DNA of 63,706 bases, counting the filler, from Reticulomyxa filosa (lineage: Eukaryota > Protista > Foraminifera), in NCBI GenBank assembly GCA_000512085.1. It is 29 parts of 29 records of this genome, joined end to end, with 100 filler letters (N's around TTAATTAATTAA, not from the genome) between each part and the next. Parts side by side here need not be neighbours in the genome. Positions count along the whole stretch, not along the records: positions 50,953 to 52,552 come from ASPP01024144.1; positions 52,653 to 58,778 come from ASPP01037484.1; positions 58,879 to 59,878 come from ASPP01035952.1; positions 59,979 to 62,346 come from ASPP01002450.1; 25 more parts are not named here. One strand, given 5' to 3'. The notes beneath the pieces were generated by a model, which was given only the letters and a program-made list of their open reading frames with translations, had not been told where the DNA came from and did not search any database. Both the position numbers and the translations under genes were made by a program. Below are positions 51,866-62,446 of the stretch, in pieces; position 1 is the stretch's first letter, and each line of letters begins with the position of its first letter.

Positions 51866-52552
51866 ATGCATCAGGATTTCTTCCCGCCCGGCATTGCGGT
51901 GCTGACCCGGCGCCGGCATCTCCAAGGAAAGCGGGATCGATACGTTCCGCGACGCGGACGGGCTGTGGAACCGCGTCAACCTCGAGGACGTCGCGACGAT
52001 CGAGGCCTGGCACCGCGACAAGAAGAAGGTGCTCGACTTCTATAATAGGACTCGCGGCATGTTCCGCGCGGCCGGTATCCACCCGAACGATGCCCACAAG
52101 GCGCTGGCCCGGCTCGAGCGCGACTATGAAGGTGAAGTGACCATCATCACCCAGAACATCGATCCGCTGCACGAGCAGGCCGGATCGAAGCGGGTCATCC
52201 ACATGCACGGGCGCGACGGCGAGATCCGCTGCATGGCCTGCAAGACGGTGTTCGAATCGGACCAGGACCTCACGCCCGCATCCATCTGCCCCAACTGCAA
52301 TTCCGTCGGCGAGCTGCGGCCCAACATCGTCTGGTTCGGCGAGATGCCCATGCATCTCGAGGAGATCTACGAGGTGCTGGAGCGCTGCGGCCTCTTCCTG
52401 GCGATCGGCACGTCGGGCGAGGTCTATCCCGCCGCAGGCTTCGTGCTGCATGTTCGCCGCCACATGCCACGCGCCCGCACGGTTGAGCTCAACCTCGAAC
52501 CGACCGACAGCAAGAGCCTGTTCCATGAGCACATCTATGGCCCTGCCACACA
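51866..52552 (+). CDS. cobB: NAD-dependent protein deacylase (Sir2 family), 3'-truncated; one extra C near 51906
   Basis: IAVLT/GAGISKESGIDTFR..GLW, PNDAHKAL, IITQNIDPLHEQAG, HMHG..C..C..C..C, LRPNIVWFGE, IGTSGEVYPAAGF. Confidence 0.92.
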
Positions 52553-52652
52553 NNNNNNNNNNNNNNNNNNNNNNNNNNNNNNNNNNNNNNNNNNNNTTAA
52601 TTAATTAANNNNNNNNNNNNNNNNNNNNNNNNNNNNNNNNNNNNNNNNNNNN

Positions 52653-52695
52653 TGATATCGTTTTAGGCGTTCAGTTTTCTTTGCAGCCTACTGTA
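52653..52695 (-). mobile_element. TA-CAGT MITE end at a contig edge
   Basis: Reverse complement TACAGTAGGCTGCAAAGAAAACTGAACGCCTAAAACGATATCA is near-identical to 48739-48779. Confidence 0.7.
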
Positions 52696-53593
52696 TAAAT
52701 GGTGATATAACCAATAATCATTTATAATTAAAAAAAAGAAAAACTAAAATTTCACAAAAAAAAAAAATAGTTGGAGAATGTGTGAACATAATCAATTACG
52801 GATCTATATTATTATCAAGAAAAGAAATATGAGTTGAAGATCAAGTCGCATTTTGCAAAAGCATAAAAAAATAATTTAAGAAAAATATTTTAAATTTGAA
52901 GTTGTTGCACCGAAAATGAAAAATGCTTAACATGATGTGAATTGACAAAACTCTTAGTGATGCATGTCAGTGTTGATTATGTGGAAAAGTTTGGTCCTGG
53001 TTTGTGTGATGTCAGCGTTCCAAGAAAGGTATGGCCAAATTCCCATAATAACATTGACACGACCAGAGTAACAAAACATCAATCAACAACTAGCATTAGA
53101 GACACTTAGTAACAACAAACACTGTCAACAACAATAATGTGATTAAATGTGACAACTCTAGGGCTTTTCTTAAAGAAAAATAATGTTTTGTTAGCTATAC
53201 AACTCAAAAACTGCAAAGACAAAATATGAAGTTGTCTGTTGATTTTTGGTGTTTAAAATGTACGTGATTTGTTTTGATTATTCATAGCTTTGCTTAGCTT
53301 TATATGTTACGAACAATTTGGTTGGAAGATTAGATTTGTACATTAGCATAGTAGTAGTTGTGTTATACGCATTTTTAATGAAAACATTTTTGGTATTTTT
53401 ATCAATAGATTTTTTATACTTATTTGCAATGGTGCAAGGTGCCACATTAGATTATCTATTTTGTGTTATATGTTAATTGATAGAGGTAGAAAATGAAATT
53501 CATAATGGCATTATTGTGATTGGCTTTTGGCTTCAATTGCTGCATTTATTCACATTACACCAACTTTATTTCTTGTAAACAAAAATAAACAAT

Positions 53594-56034
53594 TTACACA
53601 GATTTTCTTTGTTGAAAAATGATATCATAATCTGTAGTATCTTGACTTTCCACACAATACCATTCACTACTTTTATTGTCTCGAATTTTTGTCCTAATTT
53701 CTTGCAACATTTGTTTGAATGGATAACCGCTCTTATATTTTGATGTGATAATATTTTTCATACATTCACTCAATAATGACAAATCAGCTACTTGATGTCC
53801 TTTTGTAGTTGACCAAATCGTTAAAAATCCATCATCATTATGACCATAGGATGTATCATTTCCTCTCTTTACAATTTCATGAGCCTTTGGAATATTTTCA
53901 CCACGACAAGCATCAATGATAAAAATTTTAGGTAAATCTTTGAACGATTCCATTTTATAGCAATTAAACGATGTACGCATTTCGTCAATTGATATATATT
54001 TTCCATCGCTTGCCACCAACATATTCTCATTTTCTCCATGTCCACAAATAATCATTATTAGTCCATCATAATCATAAGCATTTTTGCGTAGTTTAAAATC
54101 AATCACTAGTTGATCCATGAAATCCTGGACATCGCCTTTTGCCATCTTTGGAGATGGATTGCATACAATTTTATAATTTAATTCTTGTTCAAACAATTGT
54201 TTGAAATTTGTAATGTCCTTTTCTTTCACATTTTTAAGATTTTTCCATTTGCTGTTGTCATCATATTCACTGATAGCAATCATTATTACCAATGCATTTT
54301 TTATGGTTTTTGTTTTCCCAAGTATTATTGGCTGTTGAAATGGAGTCAAAATAATTTTAAATATAGGCTCTTTACTTTCAAATTCTTTCATAACAGCTTC
54401 ATCTGATTCAATAATACTATCTTTCATATTGGCAAATTCAAGCTTTAAATTTTCATTTATCATTTTTTGCACGTCCTTCCATTCTAGACAGTTATGGACT
54501 TGACGAAAAAGTTCTTCGAATGTCACTACGTTCAATTTTATTAATTTTTTTCTTTCATCTACAATCACGTACGCGTTCCACTGTTTTTTAAATTTTCTTT
54601 ATCGTAATTTGAATCAAAAATAAAAACAAAAGTTAGTTAATTAACTACTTCTTTTTCTTCTTTTTCTTCTTTTTCTTCTTTTTGGTTTTTTCTGATCTAT
54701 TCAATGAAGTGATATCAATTATAATTGATTAAATTTTGTAATTGTTAAAAAAAAAAAAAAAAGAAACAAAACATCATCGGAATGAAAATGAATGTAAGCG
54801 TCAATTGCAAAACAAATTGCAGGTATATTTTCATTCTTTACAACATATTTCCATTCACTTTGATTCAATAGCCACTTTCCAAAGTCATGACGTGATAATT
54901 GTTCAAACTTTTCAATCATTTCTTGTTTTTCCTTTTCATTTCTATCTTTCCACCATTTCATCCATTTCTTTTTCTCTTCTTTTTCCTATTTTTATTTTCA
55001 CAATTACAAAGCAATAATCCTTTAGATATAGCCTTAGTTTAAAAAAGACAACTTAACATTGACATCTTCGTCTACTTTCTTTTGTTCATCATTTTCATCA
55101 TTTTCCTCTTTTTTCGTCAGTGCTTTGGTAACTTTTTCATTTGTTCGTTCCCACCATTTCGTCCATTTGCTTCTTTTCTTTGGCTTTTCTTTTAGCTTTT
55201 GTTTTTTGTTTATTATTTTTGTGTTGTTTTATTTTCAAAATATTTAACGATACATACAACCAACAATTTCTTCAAATTCATCTTCTTCATCTTTATTTTC
55301 CTCTCTTTTTTTTCTTAATTGTCGAACAATTTCAAAAAAACACTCTCTATTATTAATGCGTTCTTTTCCACTTGTTTCAAAAAACACTGTTGTTACTCCT
55401 TCTTTTGTCCATTGTTCTGCCAACGCTTGTCCTTGCTCCTTTGACACTACTCTTTGTTCCACTAAGTCGCATTGATTTCCTTTTTTTTTTCAAAACATTA
55501 CCAAACAAATTTTTTTTTTTTTTTTTTAGTTGATCAAAAACAAAAAAAAAAAACCTGCTAAAACAATGACAATTCGATTCAATTCTTTATTTTTAACGCG
55601 GCGAATTTCTTCATAAATTTCTTGAATACGTCGAAATGTCTCATCCGAAGTTATTGCGTAAACTAATAAAAATGATTCCGCATATTGTATATATGTGAAA
55701 TAGGACTCTCCGAAATACGTCACTCGCATCTGCTATGTCCAGTCGTGCCGAAATTCCGTCTACTTGCGTCGTCTTCATACAGAATCCTTTATCCTTTTTT
55801 TTTAGATCAAATTATTAGTTTTAAAAAAGTATTTTCATGAACATTTTTTTTTGCTACGTAACTATTTCACCATATTCATAATTATCATCAATAAAACGCT
55901 TGATCAGCCAACTCTTGCCAGTCACTATTTTTTGAAAAATAATGCAAAGGTCTTATAATTTTTTTTTGATTTAATTATTTCTTACCTCCGCCCAGCACAA
56001 CAATTCTATACGGTTTTTCTTTTGTATTATCCAT
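53594..56034 (-). CDS. Ras-like domain - WxKWW modules - PB1-like - caspase-like (peptidase C14) fusion; exons 56034-55986, 55924-55863, 55793-55555, 55479-55265, 55195-55058, 54985-54773, 54696-54649, 54580-53594
   Basis: Ras part: YRIVVLGGVTGKS, LDIAD, FLLVYAITS, GNQCDL..RVVS, FFETSGK..N..ECFFEIVRQ. Protease part: NALVIMIAISEY, IICGHG, KDLPKIFIIDACRG, DGFLTIWSTTKG. Four phase-0 GT-AG introns of 68-76 nt link the Ras exon to the caspase exon with no stop. One frameshift (or alternative acceptor) near 55718. Confidence 0.75.
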
Positions 56035-57159
56035 TATTATTAATTTTTGATTGAAAAAAAAACTTTTTTTTTAAGTTGGCAGAAGAACCTGTTTACGCAA
56101 CACAAAAAAATTTTACAAAAATTGTACCAATCAAACATTGTATTCTAAATTCTTCAAAATGAAGGTTTTATCATCGAACAAGATACACCAGAAGTCGATA
56201 TTTTTAAATGAAAAAAGATAAACTTATCTGTGTTGTTAGTTGTTAAAATTTTGCTCAAAAAATTGTTTAAAAAGAGATGAAACGAGACAAAAAAAGTTGA
56301 GATGTAGCGAATTTAATGCATTGTTATTAATTGCCTTGATGTAAGCAAAATCAAACATTTTCATTTTTTTCTTTGCATTAAAGCAACGGACAATTAATTT
56401 TTAACCTTGTCTTTTTTTTTTTCTTTATTGCAGAGATATTTTTGGTTGACATTTTACTTCAAAAATAAAAAATGAAAAAAAAATCAAAGGGTGAAAGTTG
56501 ATGCTTTATGTCGACGTATGCAAAATGGGAAATAGTTTCTCAGCCAATCGGTTCAAGTGCAAGTCGGCACTCAAAGCGCGCAAATTATCTTATGTACTAT
56601 TGAGTATTGATTCAACTTTACTCATTTGGAAATAGAGAGACGCTAAGATATTTCGAGATTGTACTTTCCTCAGGGTAATATCTGCTCATGGACACATGTA
56701 AGCAGCCAGGGTACAAGCAAGAATGATACCACAGAGAGCATTTGCGATGGTATTATTATTACAGTAGGATAAAAAAAGAATTGATAGTCATCAGTTTTAG
56801 AAAGAAAATGAAAACAAATCCATGAGTAAGTATTGATTTCATTTTTCCTTTTTGCAAGATTATCGAAATTGTCACTCAATAGATTTTTTCCTTTGCAAAC
56901 TCAAACAAATAACTTTAATTTGGTATGCTTTGTTTTTGGAAAAAGGGTTCAAAATATCAAGGAATATCTAAATGTTATCTCAACAATATATTTAACAAAT
57001 AACCAAATTTCTTCTTTGTTGTATTTTTCTAAGTTGGGTCGTTCCAAAAAATTTAGTATTCTTTTTTACTTTAAAAGAGCTTTTTTTAATCTTATTCTTC
57101 GTTTAAAAAAATTTAAACTATTTCAAAGTCCACTATCCCCAAATACGAATTAAACCACT

Positions 57160-57380
57160 GTTTGAACCATAACATAAATTAATACTACAACAAATGTTAT
57201 TATTGCTCTTTTCTTCCTAATGTAAAAATTTGAAACAAATTATTCCATTATCTTCCTTTTTATCTCCTTTGACATATACAATTTATTCTTATTTGATTGA
57301 ATATCCCAAAAATGAATTGTATTATTACATGATCCAGAATATGTCACATTCGAATTACCAATAATTGAACTTTTTTTTTT
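57160..57380 (-). pseudogene. WD40-repeat relic
   Basis: GNSNVTYSGSCNNTIHFWDIQSNKNKLY followed by stops and frame changes. Confidence 0.6.
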
Positions 57381-57548
57381 AAGACCGACATTGTGACAAT
57401 TATCGCGATATCCTATTGTACAAGTACAATATTTCATATCGCGTCTATCCTTCAATAGTCAGTTTGGATCCAGTTGCATCCTCGATATGACCTCATTCTG
57501 CGAGACATCTTCATCTTCGCGTCTTTTCTCAAATTTTATGACGCCTAG

Positions 57549-57725
57549 TACAGTGGTTTGCAAAAATGTTTATATTTAAAATTACAAGATTTGGAAATAT
57601 TCTTTTTAAAATGAAAAAAAAATTAGGTTTAAATGTTTATATTTCCGAGAAAATCTGTCCTCTTTTACAAGTGCGCCAAATTACAGATCTTTTTTGAATA
57701 AAATTTAAACATTTTTGTTGCTGTA
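57549..57725. mobile_element. Apparently complete 177-bp MITE with terminal inverted repeats and flanking TA
   Basis: Left end TA-CAGTGGTTTGCAAAAATGTTTATATTT; right end (reverse complement) TA-CAGCAACAAAAATGTTTAAATTT. The interior matches the other copies in reverse orientation. Confidence 0.7.
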
Positions 57726-57799
57726 TTCATTATTTTTTAAAATTTGTCCATGAATGAGCAATTCTGTATCAATTTTTTTTTAAATACAGAAAATTTTCT

Positions 57800-58778
57800 T
57801 TAGCTATTGTATTTCATAATAATTTTGTCAAAATCATCGATCCATCCTAATTTTATCTTTAAAGTTCGAATCCAATATTCGATAATATATTTTATTTCTT
57901 TTTTTGACTATTCATTATTTGTCCATCAGCTTTATACAATACAATTTATTTGTATTTCATCAAAATAAATAAACAAATCATTACCAACTGTAAAGGATCC
58001 CATACACGCACTTTAGTCTTCATATGAGTTGATACTTCTGTATTTTTATCGTCTAATCCTCCAATGATGTGTATATGATTGTCTTCTTCACTCCATATTG
58101 CAACACAATGACACAATGGACTGAATAAAGTTTTTTGGAATGTCATCCATTTGTTTTCTCGAATTGAATACTTGTGCACTGATTGTGAAACAACATTTAG
58201 ATTCCATCCACCAAAAAACAAAATGATATCATTTATGCATACATATGCATAACTTCTGAGTGATGTAACAGATAGTTTATGAAATTGAAAAGTGTTGTTA
58301 TCTTCATTATATTTAATTAATAATCCTGTATCTTCACAAAATAACAGCATTTTATAGTTTTGTTTATTTGTTTTCATCATTTCTTGTCCTTGTCCATTTT
58401 CTGAATTTGATACAAAGCAGTGATCTTGGATATAATTACCAGTTGGTAAAGTATCATGTTTAATAAATTGAAATGTATTTAAATCAAACACACTAATGTT
58501 TTTTTGAAAATAAGTTATAAATAACAAATGATTGTTGACTCCACCAATCACTGCACGTGCTCCATTATATTTGTGATTTTCATCTCTTCCAATGATAATT
58601 GGATGATTGTGATTGTCTGTGAAAGGGATCCACTGATTGTAATTGTTGAATTTATTTGATATATCACTCCAAACACTTGCATATTTCATCACCAATGTGT
58701 GTTTATATTTATATCCACCAAAAGACAACAAAGTGATTTCATTATTGTTTTTGTTGCCTATCCTTGTCTATCAGTTTC
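57800..58778 (-). CDS. Kelch-like beta-propeller protein of an expanded family, 5'-truncated, with a short terminal exon 57907-57800
   Basis: LSFGG, AVIGG, ILFFGG..VHKYSIRENKW, IHIIGG; last exon SKKEIKYIIEYWIRTLKIKLGWIDDFDKIIMKYNS*. Confidence 0.82.
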
Positions 58779-61700
58779 NNNNNNNNNNNNNNNNNNNNNN
58801 NNNNNNNNNNNNNNNNNNNNNNTTAATTAATTAANNNNNNNNNNNNNNNNNNNNNNNNNNNNNNNNNNNNNNNNNNNNTTTTTTTAAAAAAGAAGAAATG
58901 TTTGTTTGCCAAGTTTTTTTGACTCAACCCTTGGAAGGTTTTTTTTTTAAAAAAAAAAGAAACAAAAAGTCCAGCTTCCAAAATTTGTAAATTTAGTGGC
59001 AAACGAATTTGTGAAGTACTGGTGAGATGGATGAACCTATTTTGGTGGACAGCAACACGAAGCAAAAGCCAGTAACAATTGTCCGGCAGTGTGGTGTTGT
59101 TCCAAATTGTATCAATTTTATCACCAGAGCACTTAGACCTCAGGAGTATTGCGTCGACACCACAAAGTGGTTTTTGCCAAGATTGGCAACATGAAGAAGA
59201 AGCTAAAGGAGCCCCAGAATGTCTTTGTACGAAAGTTGTGAACAATGGTCTGTTTTTCAAAAATTACATTGATCAGGCAGTGCTGGCATTTGACCGACAA
59301 ACATTGATGTATAATTTTTAAAAAATTATTTTTTAATGAACAAAAGATTTTATTAAAAAAAATCATCAATAACAAAAACAAATAACTCCGAAATATATTT
59401 TATGTTGTCAATGAACGTAGTGTTATTATTGGTAGCAACAAAGTCCGAGGTCAGTGAAAAAGCGGCTGGAAAAATATTAAAGTTGGACGAATCGGACAAA
59501 GTGTTTTGGTGCGGATTTTGAACGGCTTGATAGCACACAATGTTTTGGTTGGTCTGAATAACGATGTCATGAATGACGATGTTGGTTCCGCTTGCCATGA
59601 AGAATAGTAATGTCGCAATATCAAATCGAGTGCGAACAATTGTATAATTTTTGTGTGTTTTTTTTATCGGTGTTATTGCTAATAACAATTTTTTTTGTAA
59701 GTTTTTTTTAATAGAAGGACAGATCCATTGAAGTAGCGCATTGTTGGGGAAAACAATGTAAGTTGTTCTGCAAGAGGATAAAACGATTATGAAATGACAA
59801 TTCGCATCTTGATAAGCTGACTAAATAGTTTGCGCAACTGGGATCGTTGAGTATGTCATACAAATCCGAATGAATTGTNNNNNNNNNNNNNNNNNNNNNN
59901 NNNNNNNNNNNNNNNNNNNNNNTTAATTAATTAANNNNNNNNNNNNNNNNNNNNNNNNNNNNNNNNNNNNNNNNNNNNTTTTTTTTTTTTTTTTTTTTTT
60001 TTGGTCTGATTATTGCATTGGTCAATCAACAAAAAAAACCCCTTTGATGTTTCTGAATGTTAAGACAAACGAAACTCAAATCAGCTATGACGTGTTAAAT
60101 GATGCTTTTGAAGGCGATGTTCAAAGCCTGAAAACTTGTTATGGAGTGTTCGACGATGCCTTTGAAGAAATTTTGAACCTAATCAGCGACACACTCTCCA
60201 GTTCTCTTATTTCTGGCTCTAATCCGTTTGTGTACTTTTGAAAGAGGTTCAATTTTCAAGTTGGTTTGGGTTAATAACATGTACACATGTGTGCACGATG
60301 TAACATAGGATTTTTCGTAAGTGAGCTCGTCCATATCGAGTCTGTCACTGTAGAACCACAACACGATCACGATAGGATACGCGAGTAAGTCAATTGATTT
60401 TTAATCTTATTTTTTTTTTTTTTTTTATTCGCGGTTTCAAAGCAGTGTCAGGTTGGAATTACTTCATTGGAAGTGAGAAAAAAAAGAGGTGGTTAGCGTT
60501 TTTTTTTTTTTTTTTTATTTTTATTCTATTTTATTTTGTTGTTTTCATTATTATTGATTTTTTTTTTATCTTTTTGCGTATGGTGCTTCGAGGGTGTTTT
60601 TGAGTTTTGTGTTTTGTTCCCAGAAGTTTTTATCCGCTGCACACAACAGATACTATCTACACAATTATAATTTTCGTGGTCCTCGATTTGTAAAATCGAG
60701 GCGAAATCACATTGTGCCTTATGGTTTGTGCAAACACTGTTTTGTGTTTGCCTAGTTTTTTTTCTTTTGGTAGAATGTTCTGTGAGGAAAAATGGTCATG
60801 TGCTCTTTTTTTTTTGTTTGTTTGCTTGTTTTTTCATGTAGTGGTATCCCTCTTATCCTTTTGATTTCGTTTTTTTCTTTTGTTTTTGCTTTGTCATTAA
60901 TTCTAATTTTTGAGGGACGGATGTATAACATTTTTTAATTGTTCGGTAAAAATTGTAAAATTCTGTGCAAGCTTTGGATTGCAACGTAAAAAAATTCTGG
61001 ATTAAAGTTGATGCATTTTTTTATTTTCAAATTGACGCTCGGGATTGTTAGCTTATTGTATCCTTATTCATATACGACATAAAGTTATCTCAGTTGACTA
61101 TCATTGTTGTATCAACGATAAGATCAATGCCACCGAAATTCAGCTGTATTATTACTGCAAAATTATTTAGATTATCTTAGTTATTGTCATTTTTTAACAA
61201 GTCGATATGCCGTTTATCGAAAACAACATTGTACCTTGTGTAAGAATCTAACGTATTTGCGCAACTACGCATACATGTGGTCAATTAGAATGGCAATGAA
61301 AAAATAACAATAATGCTAATAAACAACAAAAAAATTGACTTATTGTATGTTTAATTATAGTTAAAACAGTTTTTCTGAATTATAACATCAACTTTGTCAT
61401 CTTTCAACAGTTATCTTTATAATCGTATCAAATGCAACCACAAAGGTACTTCTTGCAAATGACAAAATGATATTCACGTGTAAGTAGAACTGAGAAGACG
61501 TAATGTTATACAAAAGTATAAGCAGTTTTGTATACGTGTTTTAATTTTATTTCTATTGAAGACTTGCTTTATGTATTTTTCACTTGTGCCACATAAAAAT
61601 TGTACATCTTGCTTTTTCATGAAAGATCAAGAATATTGATTGGTACTATGAGATTTGCGATTCTACCTTTTTTAAAATTTTTTCAAGATGATTATTATTA

Positions 61701-61838
61701 ACATTTTTTCTTGTTACATGCAATATCAAAAAGTATCGCAATAATAAGACATAACTACTATCTACAGCAAAAAATCTTGTTAGTCTTTAAGCCCGTTTTC
61801 GAAAGGGGTAGAATTAAAAAGAAAAAAAAAAAAAAAAA

Positions 61839-62292
61839 ATGATGCAAGCCTCAACCGAGGTGTTACCAATGAAACAATGCGATCCATTGGATTATGCACA
61901 ATCACAATCAACTATAATAGAAAAGCAAATAGGGGAAAAATTGGAGTCAACAGTGGCGACAACAATCCACGAGGGACTGTGTGACTACATTTCGTATCTT
62001 CTAGCAACAAAAAAAGCGGCAGAGCCGCCACTGCTCTCCAAAGTGCTCCAATTCATGAGTCATCCCCATCTCGACGTGAAGCGATATGTATATTTGGCGC
62101 TGCTTTTAATTGTAGATGAATGGCCAGAGATCGGATTGCTTTCCATCCAAAATAGTTTACGGAGTACAATTGATGAAACGGTATCAGAGCATTTGAGATC
62201 AATTGTGCTGCGTACATTTTTTTCGTTTGGAATTGATGTTTCCAATAAGGTCTGGGAATACTTTATTAAGCCATGTCTTTCATTCTTACAAG
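61839..62292 (+). CDS. Divergent beta-adaptin-like (Adaptin_N; AP-3 beta-like) N-terminal exon
   Basis: LLSKVLQFMSHPHLDVKRYVYLALLLIVDEWPEIGLLSIQ..HLRSIVLRTFFSF parallels the beta-adaptin pattern (VVKNV..EIKKLVYVYL..DLALLSI..LIRASALRVLSS). Confidence 0.6.
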
Positions 62293-62446
62293 TTGAGAGC
62301 AAATTCAATATTTCTTTGTTCTGTCTGTCCTCCCCCCCTCCCCCCCNNNNNNNNNNNNNNNNNNNNNNNNNNNNNNNNNNNNNNNNNNNNTTAATTAATT
62401 AANNNNNNNNNNNNNNNNNNNNNNNNNNNNNNNNNNNNNNNNNNNN

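Noticed and set aside
51345-52532. 395-aa minus-strand ORF as a long phosphatase fusion
   Set aside because: The N-terminal part is the antisense shadow of cobB; the phosphatase starts at 51830.
50953-56034. Sirtuin + phosphatase + caspase + GTPase as one defence island
   Set aside because: The linker at 52553-52652 separates a bacterial contig from a eukaryotic one, so the adjacency is artificial. The sirtuin is an ordinary CobB type.
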